Origin: Eledone cirrhosa
Lineage: Eukaryota
Length of the DNA: 64,000 nt
Assembly (NCBI GenBank): GCA_964016885.1
Contig: OZ024742.1
Location: 138,570,001 to 138,634,000, forward strand
Direction: 5' to 3'
Shown one piece after another: positions 26,011-38,451 of this stretch. A program made the position numbers and the translations under genes. The notes under the pieces were generated by a model. That model searched no databases. It saw only the letters and a list, made by a program, of their open reading frames with translations, and had not been told where the DNA came from. Each line of letters starts with the position of its first letter. Within the stretch, counting starts at the first letter, position 1.

Positions 26011-26681
26011 ATTTATATAAAATAATTGCTTATAGGTAATGTGTATATTTTGATATATATATATATATACGTTCAAATGTGTAAGTGCTCATGTTAGCGA
26101 TGCATTCATATATGTGTGACTGCTGACGTTGAGTGTTGATTTAAATACTTAATAGAATATTCTGAGATGTAAAGTGGTAACGAATATATTTATTATTTTC
26201 TGCACATTCGTGCTATACAAAGCTTAATAATGTGTCTAAGTGTATAACTAGAAGTTACATCCACGAAACAATTAATAAAATTATTTCAGAAATAAATATA
26301 ACCACTTATTATACATATAGTATTATCTGACTTCATTTTAAATACTGTGGAGTTTGCGTGAAGAATATACATATAGACCAGACAAATTTTATTTTATGTA
26401 ATAAAATATATTTTTATCTATCAAATGCCTCAATGAAAACAATCAAGCTAGCTTTAAAATTGTATACCTCACGTTTATATATTCCGATTTTACTTTCTCT
26501 TTAGACTAGTTTTAGAAAATTCAAAAAAAGACAATAACTTATTTTTGTAAAAATGTTGTTATCACCCAAATATTTGCTGTTATTTATTATTTCTAGATAT
26601 ATTTCAGTTATATATATATTTATCAAATATTATATTAATAGATTATATATATATTTATCAAATATTATATTAATAGATGAA

Positions 26682-26872
26682 AGGTGGTGGATTGGCAGTA
26701 TCGGTAGAGGGTCGGACGCCATGCTTTCCAGCATAGTTACGTCCCTTTACGATCTGAGTTCAAATCCCGCCGAGGTTGACTTTGCCTTTCATCCTTACGG
26801 GGAGGATAAAATAAAGTACCAGTAATGCACTGGGTGAATTGCTAGCCTTGTGTCTAAAGTAGAAACAATTAT
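26682..26872 (+). mobile_element. Deu/Nin-core SINE (full length)
   Basis: Near-identical to 6557-6735. Confidence 0.9.
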
Positions 26873-26974
26873 ATTAATAGATTTTAAGTCTCTCAGACCT
26901 CGCTTTTTTTATTTCTAGTTTTTGTTTCCTGAGATAATTATTTATTTTTTAAATATATCTAACGAAGGCTTTTT

Positions 26975-27130
26975 ACAGCAAATTGGTAAAGTTGTTAGAA
27001 AGTCGATTAGGTTGCTTTGTATTATTCGTTGCGGCTCTCTGCTGTCTAAGTTCAAATCTCACCAAGGTCAACTTTGTCTTTCATCCTTCCGAAGTCGATA
27101 AAACAAGTACCAGTCTAGTACTGGGGTCGA
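26975..27130 (+). mobile_element. Older related SINE
   Basis: AAGTTCAAATC B box and TCTTTCATCCTTCCGAAGTCGATAAAACAAGTACCAG core. Confidence 0.65.
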
Positions 27131-28391
27131 TTCTTCCTCTATATCTCTCTCACACTTCCAGTCTCTCACATTCTATTTTCTCTGGAAGAAATCTGCAGTA
27201 CTCAGGCCTGAAGAGGGATAGGCTATGCTGGACTTAAAATGACCAAGAAATGCCGTATACCACCATGGCGCCCATACGAATCCATCAGGAGTTACGTGGA
27301 CATACCATAGCATACCAAAGGCTTTTTTATAATAAACTTGTACCTTCAGCAAAATATAGCTACGGTTAACTTATTTCCCTTGGCGGAAGAATTTATACTA
27401 ATTCATAACCATTAAAAATAATAATATATTCCTATAAAATAATTCTTTCAACTGTATTGTTTGTTGTTTTCTCTCTTAATTTTTACGTAATTTCCTTTTT
27501 GTGATGTACAGATATTATAATCCATCTCACAACAGTGCCACAATAGAATCTGTTATATCAAATATATAAAGGATAAAGGATAAGGATCCCATGACACCTT
27601 GTGGATTCGTAGAGGCACCGACATACGACGTGTCTAGGGCACTGTTTAAAACCTGGTGGAGCCCAACCCACTCCAGGTCTGAACATCCAATTTTTTCTAT
27701 TGAGGAAGAATCGACCCTAGTATTGGACAGGTACTGTTTTTTTCATTAAATATATATACATATCTAAAACATTCATTCTAAACAAAATGACTTTTTCTAC
27801 ATTGTAAGTATTAGGTTTTTTACTCAATGATTAACCTTTATCGAATGATTAGAATAATCAACACCTTGATTACTTTCCATGTTTCACTTCAGTTAAGATA
27901 TATTCTCCTATATTTATAGATATGAAAATATTACATCAAGCGAGGAGCTTTTAATAATGCTGTATTTGGGAAATATTTCTTTTAGTTTTTTACAAAATAT
28001 TACATACATGCCACAAATTGGACGAATTAAAATATGTTACATTTAACACATTCTATGTTAAATAATACTCAACGCTTTTCGTCCAAGAACATTAATAGGT
28101 CTATTACCATATCCGTTTTAATTATTCTTGTGGTTTCATATCCTCGTCATTTGTGTAACTGCGACTAATCAAATGACACTGGGCGTTGCATGACAGGATA
28201 ACCGCATATTCTTTATCATTAAAGCCAGATGAAAATGCATGTCACACCTTCAGTGTGAAAAATTGGGTCATCATGTAAAATAGACATTCTTCTATAGATG
28301 TTCATAGATACGTTAATTTGGTTCTAATATATACTATGTAAACAAATCTTGTAACATGGAAGCCCAATTTTGCAGTAAAACGTCAGATTTG

Positions 28392-28690
28392 AAGGCACGT
28401 GGATTAGTTAGATTCACAAACGTGAGATTGCTAGTCCGTTTGCCGGACCGAGTGATGCGTTGTGTCCTAGGGAAAGACATTTTATTTCACAATGCTCCAG
28501 TTGACTCAGCTGTAGAAATGCGTTGAGACATCAACGATCCGAAGCTGTCTCAACATTTGCCTTTCCCTTGGACAACATCTGTGGCGAGGAAAGGAAAGAC
28601 TGGTATACATGGGAACCTACATGTCTTCAACAAAAAACACCTTTTCCGGACTTAAGCCTGGAGTTGAGGACTTGCAAGGTCATTCGTGAC
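28392..28690 (+). mobile_element. Second tRNA-derived SINE family (V/CORE-like GTTGTGTCCT..AAGACA domain)
   Basis: Similar to 45750-46040 (-) and 46056-46300 (+). Confidence 0.55.
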
Positions 28691-29462
28691 TCTTTTAATC
28701 TCGTTTTCTACATTAGAAGTCACACCAACATCTCATAACAAGTTTATTAATGGTAGGATTCGATTAGGACAAGTAATTTGAAACCAGTAAGAAAAGCAAA
28801 GCCAGGAGAGATAAGAAAATATGTCTCGTGTAACTCTCTAACAATACAATTAATCTTCGGTCATTCACAAGGATGTTATTTATTCTCGTAGTACTCTACG
28901 GCGATACGTACACATCATATATTAACATCATTTTTGTTTAATCTAACAATATCATACTTCGATATAAAATTAAACCTAAATTTTAATATCGTTAGATTAA
29001 GTATAATTGGGTGGGGTAAAAGAATATGCCGAAATATATTAAGAATGCAATTTTTTCTTGAAGCCATAAATCCTTTTATAAGCCACGATTTTCAAAACAC
29101 TCTATAATGTAAATCTCTAAAAAAGAGTTCAGATTTTAATTAGTAATTACTACAGGAATGATTCGATCACGTGACAAGAAAGAAATTCTGGAGCTACATG
29201 TTTTTATGCATCATCAACTCCTTATTGACGATATCAAAGTAAAATACCGTAAGAAAAATAAGATTCTATAAAATGTATCCGCGTAATAATATACATTTGT
29301 ATAAGCTTCGATTCTGCACCAAAATAAGAAAGTTAAAAAACGTATTCTAAGTCATATGTCCTGAGGACATATGACTTATTAGAATTAGAATTAATTAAAT
29401 CGTATTGTAATATATATGAAATGAAAAAAACAAAAGACGAAGTAACTTCCATTGGTAGAATA

Positions 29463-29563
<101 letters not shown>

Positions 29564-29882
29564 CTATGTGCATATGTTTATTGTATAAGTGTGCGTGCAT
29601 ATATGTATGTATGTGTTTGTGTATGTGGGAGTGTTGAATGAAATTATACACTGAAATGTTCACTATATTCCATTTGTATAAGGTTAATTTCCCCTTTCAT
29701 CAAATAACCTGGAAATTTGTTTTGTTTCATAAGTCACGTCTAACTGCTTCATATGTATGGCTACAAGTTATGAAATTGTGTAATGTTTATGCTATTATCA
29801 AATATATATATATATATATATATATAAACGGAAAAAATGAAACGATATTTCATTTCCCACTCTTAGTACGGCTGTTACTTAA

Positions 29883-30318
29883 ATATAAGTATGTACACGT
29901 ACACACATATATGCATACCGACGTACAGTAGTATGTATACATATATATACATACATGCACACATATATATATATGTACGTATGGATTCACCGAATATTTA
30001 TTATAATGCTCGGTGTGTTTGTAAACAAACATCCCGTATTAAGCCGTAGTGTCTAGCAACCACCGTTGCTCGTTTGCTGACGATAGCTAACAAGCTTGAA
30101 ACTAGTACAGCGTTCCTTTGTCAGTGTTGAACAAACGAGCAACGGTGGTTACTGGACACTACGGCTTAATACGGGATGTTTGTTTACAAACACACCGAGC
30201 AATATAATAAATGTTCGGTGAATCCATACGTACATATATATATGTGTGCATGTATGTATATATATGTATACATACTACTGTACGTCGGTATGCATATATG
30301 TGTGTACGTGTACATACT

Positions 30319-30323
<5 letters not shown>
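29883..30323. repeat. Inverted repeat (about 190-bp arms) with a hammerhead in the spacer
   Basis: 29883-30076 is the reverse complement of 30132-30323 with few differences; the ORF track shows the same peptide on both strands. Confidence 0.92.
30071..30112 (+). ncRNA. Minimal type I hammerhead
   Basis: CGTTTG-CTGACGA-T-AGCT(aaca)AGCT-T-GAAA-CTAG-TA-CAGCG; palindromic stem III. Confidence 0.75.
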
Positions 30324-30819
<496 letters not shown>

Positions 30820-30837
30820 AGGCTACAGTAAGGTAGT

Positions 30838-31140
<303 letters not shown>

Positions 31141-31219
31141 CTATCCTATAGCTGGAAAGCTTGGAGCTTATAGTAAAACGTCATACACATCTGTTGATGG
31201 TGCTACATCACGATTATTA

Positions 31220-31386
31220 AGGGTTGGACGCCATGCTTTGACGTATAGAGTTACGGCCCTTGCCATTCTGAGTTCAAATCCCGCCGAGGTTAACTTTGCC
31301 TTTCATCCTTACCGGGTCGATAAAATAAAGTACCAGTAATGCACTGGGTAATTGCTGGCCTTGTGCCAAAAGTAGAAACAATTATT
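31220..31386 (+). mobile_element. Deu/Nin-core SINE
   Basis: Matches the consensus of the other copies. Confidence 0.85.
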
Positions 31387-31439
31387 AAAGTATATACATG
31401 ACATATACCGGTCAAGTCCTCTGCTTTTGCCCTCCAAAA

Positions 31440-32145
31440 TATTACAAATGATACCGGGAGGTAGCCAGACCTATAAACTTATCGACAAATTTGTCGACGA
31501 GGATGAAGTTGGTCCTAATCCCGTTGAATTTATCAACAGTCTGGAACCATCCTTGCTATAGCCACACAACCTTGACTTGAAGAAGGGTACAATCATCATG
31601 CTTCTTAGAAACCTGGATCATCCATTGTTGTGCAATGGGACGCGTATGGTTGTGACTGAGCTACAACCTCCCATTATCAAAGTCAAGTTCTTCACTGGAC
31701 GTCGTAAGGGAGACACTGTAATTATACCTAGAATACCGCTAATACCAACAGATATCCCCTTTTCCATTCAAACGATTGCAATACCCAGTGAGAGTCAGTT
31801 ACGCAATGAATATTAACAAGTCCCAAGTTCAAACACCAAAGGTTGTCGGTCTCCACATTGTGAATTGTATGCAGGTTGTTCAGAGTAGGAATCCCATAAA
31901 AACGCTTCGCATCTGCTCCAATGTTAAAGGTTAAAAACATTGTATATACTGAAATACTGTAAATGTTTTATAATTTTCGTAGAATACATTTCTTATATTA
32001 TTGTTTATATTACATTCTGTATTTAGATATTCCAAATAAAGTTTTAAAATTGTTATGCAATTTCAGGGAAAATGGGCAATGAGTGCCTTTTAAATAGATT
32101 TGAGCAGAGTACAGACCGAGGCGAAGGCCGGGAAGCCGCTATTAT
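31440..32145 (+). mobile_element. Helitron 3' fragment (Pif1 C-terminus, degenerate)
   Basis: KKGTIIMLLRNLDHPLLCNGTRMVV..IPRIPLIP; terminal GC hairpin and GCTA(T) next to (TA)n. Confidence 0.8.
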
Positions 32146-32169
32146 ATATTTATATGTATGTATATATAC

Positions 32170-32219
<50 letters not shown>

Positions 32220-32504
32220 CATCTTGGTTAAGAGAGTGGGACTGGCTTTGTGCAGTGCCTTTGCTCACTATAAAAGCTTCACGGCACAGGCATTGCTTTA
32301 TATCTGGAGATCTCTCTGCACTTGTCGTCACATGGTACCAAGGGCCCAGCACTATGTGTCAATAACTGTTACAAGTGTAGTGTTTGTACCAGAGTTTTCA
32401 AGTCGCTGGGTGGACTAAAAAGTCACACTCGTTCAACGCATGGGTAGGGGTTCTCCTACATGGATATAAAGTAGTGGCCGTACTCGAAAACGAGTTGGCA
32501 GCCA

Positions 32505-32588
<84 letters not shown>

Positions 32589-32621
32589 GTACATACACAC
32601 AAACACACACATATATATATA

Positions 32622-32710
32622 CTAGCGGGTTCCCGGTTTTCGCTTCGTTCTTGTACTCTGCTCAAATCAATCTATAAGGCACTCATTGCCCATTTTACCT
32701 GAAATAAAAG
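32622..32710 (-). mobile_element. Helitron 3' end (same family as 32060-32145)
   Basis: Terminal CTAG next to (TA)n; approximate reverse complement of 32060-32142. Confidence 0.7.
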
Positions 32711-33403
32711 ATGAGAGACAGAGATATATATATATGTATGTGTCTCAATGGGGAGGGGTGTTTCAGTGTGAGTGCGTTTGCGCGTGTACGCATGTGTGTG
32801 TGTGTGTGTGTGTGTGTCTGAATGTGAATTGTTTACTTCGAAAGCGTATGATAGGTAAACATCGTATCTAAGGGACACAACTCTTTTTGTCTTATTTAGG
32901 GGAAACAACTCTTTATGGAGTTGCCTTCCTTACAACAGAGGAAAATGAAATATTTTTCAAAGGTTCTTTCAAAGTGGTTTAGAAAGAGGATAAATATGAC
33001 ACCGCAAGCATATACATTACATTACTCTATATATTTTATTTTTGTGGTAAAAGCTTTACCTCACAGAATTATCTCACATAATTTCGAGTCTATGGAATTT
33101 TGATATTATTAATTTTGAGAACAATACCTTAACATTAGTATGAGTGGCCAGTTTATATGATAAAAGGTTAACCATAACAGCTGAGGATTGATGGAGTACG
33201 CGAGATAAATCATGTACCATTACAAAATTTTGAATACGTAAGAAAACATTTACCGTGTATTTTTGTATATGTTTAATCGATACTCGTGCCTGGTTGGAAG
33301 GCGCGTATATCATTTAAACAACCACAAGGAAGCACGTATTTCAAGGGCTTATATACCCCTTCGCTCTTAGTGGTGTACTGAAATCGACGTACTAATTTAC
33401 ATA

Positions 33404-33505
33404 TAATTGTTTCTACATTTGGCACAAGGCCAGCAATTATCCCAGTGCATTACTGGTACTTTATTTTATCGACCTCGTAAGGATGAAAGGCAAAGTTAAC
33501 CTCGA
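33404..33505 (-). mobile_element. Deu/Nin-core SINE 3' half
   Basis: Core and tail. Confidence 0.85.
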
Positions 33506-34599
33506 CAATGAGCGTTCGTTTTGGTAGTTAATTAATATATATGTATGTACTAAGAAGCACACTAAGCATCCAAAATGTACGATAAAGTTATATCTGTATA
33601 TATACAGAGTGGTTAACCAGCACTGTGGACATTCGTATTTTCTGGCATCTTTACATATCTGCATATCAGTTGGACAGCTAACATCGAGTGCCATACTATA
33701 GCGAGCATATGAAAACCAAAAACAAAATATTATTACATTTGAATATTTGACTGATGACAACACATCAAATAATTCCTACATAATAACTTTGATGTCTTTA
33801 AAATGTACATAACGGGACGATGAAATAAATTGAAGATGTATATTCGTACGTTGCACCGTCTCTATTATATTTTCCTAATATTGATACTCCTTCCTATAAC
33901 ATATAGGTAATACTCGATTGTACCCACAACGTGGAGTGTTTTCGGCTGATTGCACAACAGACGGATGAATGTTTGGATCAAACATCACTGATGACTAGCA
34001 GGTTGTATATACCATTCTTTACTGATTGTGTAAAATCCCAAACATCATAAACAACTCTTGCAATTTCCTTAAAGGAAATACAGGTAGCACAGGTAGCGAA
34101 TGTTATATATCATTTACGCAAGCGTATCTAGAAATCACAAACTACTACTCTGACTGGATACAATATTCAATACACTTAGGTATGGAGTAGAAAAACAGAT
34201 TATACTTTGTGTTTATTCATCTACTAAGAGCGTTAAAGTACTCAATGCTCAACGTCATAAACATGGGACCAAACAATTTTATAAAACTTAATTTCTTATG
34301 AGTATCGACTTTTATGATTTACATTGGCATTACTATTTCCATTATCAACCTTATCAGGAATAACCATGAAATGTATACTGGACCACCATGAAACCTTCAT
34401 TCATTACCTCACTGTTCTTGTTAATGCTCTGAGACGGTCTTGAATGTCGAAAGATCTTGTTACACATGGCCTGATATTCTTAGAGAGTTGTTGCTACTTA
34501 GGATATTTCTAGGTTTCACGTCGCCAAAATATTGTTGAACATATCAAAACAGAAAAAGAAAATATAAAAAAGACCATAACAGGAATACATTGCCTGCAG

Positions 34600-35927
34600 T
34601 AAGTCATTTCTTCCGCGCAACATCCAGCTGCGACCTTTTTATCCACTACAAATCTGCCCTAATTTCTTATGAAATTTCTCACACACACAACAGATACAGC
34701 GACACTAAAAATAGAGCCATCCGTATCAGATTATTCTACAAGGTCGTAGAGACATATGGCTACCCAGCTTCATTCTCCACCCCACGGCGAAACCTCATAC
34801 CCAGGTACCGGATCAACACAGACAATGGTTGCTTCCTCAAGATCTCACATCTCAGCAAAGAAACTACCAACGCTATACTCAGAGCCATCAGGTGAGAGGG
34901 CCTCAATATCAGACGGGCTCATTCGGGACCTTCCCTGTGGAGATGCCTATCCACAAGACAACCCACCAGTGAAGATAACAGATGCACCCTAACCAATTGC
35001 TTTACCCGCAACACTGATATTTGCCTGCGTGTCTGCATCGTGTACAGGTGAGAATGTGACAACTGTAGCCAATTCTACATTGGCAGCACTATTCAACCCC
35101 TACACCTCCGAATTAAAGAGCACATCAACTCCAACTCCTCTTCCTTCCGCAAACACATCATCAAATGCGGAAACAGGGACAGTAAAATAAACACCACTAT
35201 CTTGGGTACTGAGCTCAGTATAGGCCCGCTGAGAATCAAGCAACTAAAGTCCCCCATTAGTAATAGAATGGAAGGAATGCGGCACAATGGCTAATCTTAC
35301 TTGTCCAACCTAAATATACAATCGTGCCACCGTCCCAGCTGTCCGGTCTAAAGAACTTCATTTCCTAGCTTAGTTTATCACGTCTAATGCTAGCAGCAGA
35401 CAAAATTCCTTAAAGGCTTTGAGTGGTCAGCTAGTAGACAAAAACTGTGGCAGACCAACTACACTCACATACTGTTACTTCTTTATCACTCAAAAATCTG
35501 TTCTTCACTACACATACACACTTGCACCCACGCACACACGCATGCATATATCACACACAAACTCACACACATTCTCCTTACATACATGCACAAACCAAAA
35601 TAAACTTTAACGTTTTTTATTTAAAATAAATCGAATAGTCGCCCACAGCATTTCTCAGGTTTCACCTTGAGCTCCCTCCTACGGACTGCCCCTAATAATG
35701 GATGGAAAATCCGAAAATATTTGGGAACATTAAGAATTGCTAAGATAACTTTCTATCGTCCTTACTCTTTTATTTCACTTCACTGTGTTGTTTTCTTTTT
35801 TATCCATCTATCATCTTATTACCTTGGCATTTTTACCATACACACATTGTCGGTCTTTCAAATAACCAAACTTCTTTCTTAGTCGTATTTGTATCTCATA
35901 TTCCCCAATCCTTCAAGCAAACTACAA

Positions 35928-35930
<3 letters not shown>
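34600..35930 (+). mobile_element. Degenerate Penelope-like element (RT thumb, GIY-YIG, pLTR)
   Basis: YGYP thumb motif; 35040-35175 translates as VYR*ECDNCSQFYIGSTIQPLHLRIKEH..SSFRKH (GIY-YIG); eroded hammerhead CCC-CTAATAA-T-GGAT..ATCC-GAAA-ATAT-TT-GGG at 35689-35725. Confidence 0.7.
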
Positions 35931-35980
<50 letters not shown>

Positions 35981-36529
35981 GGGATTTGGATCACTATCCA
36001 GTGATTCGATCTCGTTGTTTACAATTTACTCAACAATTTCATTTCGGGCGCAAGCATAGGATTAATTGTAACACAACATTCCCAGCCAGTAACCTCGCCT
36101 ATGAAAACAGTGTAATTATTGTATCGAGAGATAAACATATGATATCATTAAAGCACACACAATTTCATCAATCGAAACAGCCAGCATCCCCCCAAAAAAT
36201 CCTCGTCTAAGCTGGTACAGTACGATTTGGAATTCCGTGGAGAATCCGTTGGTCATCGATTAGTAATAAATCCATAACCAGCAAATTCCAAACAAGGGAA
36301 CTCTCATCAGCCAGCAGTCATTTAAGGGGGTTCTGAAAATCGAAATTACTACTAAATTTTTAAGTCGATGCCGGTATCCATGTGTGGCATTAACTGCTAC
36401 ACGGTCAGCAAAAGGCGGGAGCAGAGGCAGACTGGCTGGAGGTTGCTCGTAATGCTTAATATAGCAGGCTGACTTCACTAATATTGAGCACTCGACCATA
36501 ATTAAACCAGTATCTATATACATATATAT

Positions 36530-36681
<152 letters not shown>

Positions 36682-36834
36682 CACGAAAAGCAAATGAGAA
36701 AACATCACGGGAACGGTAGAGTAACATGAAGACATAAATTAGTTTAACACTCAGTCCTTCATCAGATAAAGACGAAGAAATAGTAATATAGACGAAAGAA
36801 AGAAACGGAAAAATTTACAGAAAGAAAGCACAAT

Positions 36835-36920
<86 letters not shown>

Positions 36921-36948
36921 TATATACACGAATATATATATATATATA

Positions 36949-36982
<34 letters not shown>

Positions 36983-36995
36983 GTTTTAATATAGA

Positions 36996-37047
36996 TGAGA
37001 TTCTACAGGACTAGAACTGTTTCATTCATTAGAAATCATCAGGAATC
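36996..37047 (-). ncRNA. Type I hammerhead, family A (canonical core)
   Basis: Minus strand GATTC-CTGATGA-T-TTC(taat)GAA-T-GAAA-CAG(ttctagtc)CTG-TA-GAATC. Confidence 0.75.
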
Positions 37048-37048
37048 A

Positions 37049-37111
37049 GAGATTCCTGATGATTTCTGATGATTTCTAATGAATGAAACAGTTCTAGTCC
37101 TGTAGAATCTC
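37049..37111 (+). ncRNA. Type I hammerhead, family A (10-nt duplication of the core box)
   Basis: GAGATTC-CTGATGA-ttt-CTGATGA-T-TTC(taat)GAA-T-GAAA-CAG..CTG-TA-GAATCTC; back-to-back with the minus-strand copy. Confidence 0.75.
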
Positions 37112-37305
37112 ATCTATATTAAAACTGTTATACTCTGCTATGTATTGAGTACCTTACTTACTGTGGTTACCTCCGATTCAACCCGGAATAACGTATATAT
37201 ATATATATATGTGTGTGTATATATATATATATATATGTGTGTATATTTATATATATGTGTGTGTATATATATATATATATGTGTGTGTATATATATATAT
37301 ATATA

Positions 37306-37348
<43 letters not shown>

Positions 37349-38071
37349 ATATATATATATATATATGTGTGTATATTTATATATATGTGTGTGTATATTT
37401 ATATATATGTGTGTATATATATATATATATATGTGTAATGAACTGAAATGAACATTTACAACAATTACAACAACAACAACAGCGGCATCAAAACATAAAA
37501 AAAAGGAAGGGAAAAGAAAAAAGAAAAGGGAAGGGGAAAAAAAAAAAAAAAAAAAAAAGGAGAAAAAAAAGAAAGGAAAAAAAAAAAAACTCAAAATAAC
37601 AAAACACACACACACACACACACACACACAACAGAACAACAACATCAACTGCCACCACCACCACCACCGCCACCGCCGTCGCCATCACCATCACCAGCGA
37701 CCTGGCCTTAAGAACAACTTTAATAATAATTTTTCTGCTTTTGGCACGGATCCAGCGACTGGCCAGCGCATCACTGGTACTCTCTTTTGTTGACTCCGTG
37801 GAGAGCCATAACTCTATGCTGTAAAGCAATTATAGTAATACTGGACTGTAATACGATCGGCTTCAACTATACAAACTCTTGAAAGTCAACAGTTGACATA
37901 ATCTGGTAATCTTGTATCAGTAATGACGGTAATATATATATATATATGTGTGTGTGTGCGTGTAAGTGAGTAGAGTAGCGTGTGTGTGTGTTTGTTGTGT
38001 GTGTGAGTGTTGCTGTGTGCACGCATATGTATGCGTGTGTGTGTATGTCGTACGTATAAGTGTCAATAAGT

Positions 38072-38110
<39 letters not shown>

Positions 38111-38112
<2 letters not shown>

Positions 38113-38413
38113 GCGGGGACATAGAAATAATCGGGCTGGATGCCCGATCGCGCAGTTAAACCACTGGGAGTGAAGAACCCCTAGCCCATGTCAGGGTATT
38201 CTTCTAGGAGAAGGCATCTCAGGAAACTGGGTTAACTCCGATATAAAACCTGCGGCTCAGTAGTTACCGATGATGTTGATCTTTTCTTCTTTTCGGGTTA
38301 TAGCTACTGTCGCTCAGAGAGTGGGATTGGTTCAGTGCACAGTCTTTCCTCACTTTAAAAATATTCGTCACGCACAGGCATTGCACGAGTGCATTAATAA
38401 TTATTAATAGTGT

Positions 38414-38451
<38 letters not shown>

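Noticed and set aside
29190-29221. Minus-strand hammerhead-like remnant GGAGT-TGATGA..AAAA-CATG-TA-GCTCC
   Set aside because: C3 and G12 are missing and stem II is absent; too degenerate to call.
29348-29378. Perfect hairpin TAAGTCATATGTC-CTGAG-GACATATGACTTA containing CTGAGGA
   Set aside because: No correctly placed GAAA or stems I and III; it is only a local palindrome.
36730-36770. Minus-strand CTGATGAAGGAC motif
   Set aside because: No GAAA box or convincing stems.
38111-38340. HDV-like ribozyme in the RTE 5' UTR
   Set aside because: Hairpins exist (ATCGGGC/GCCCGAT), but I could not build the nested double pseudoknot or find the L3/J4-2 consensus by eye.
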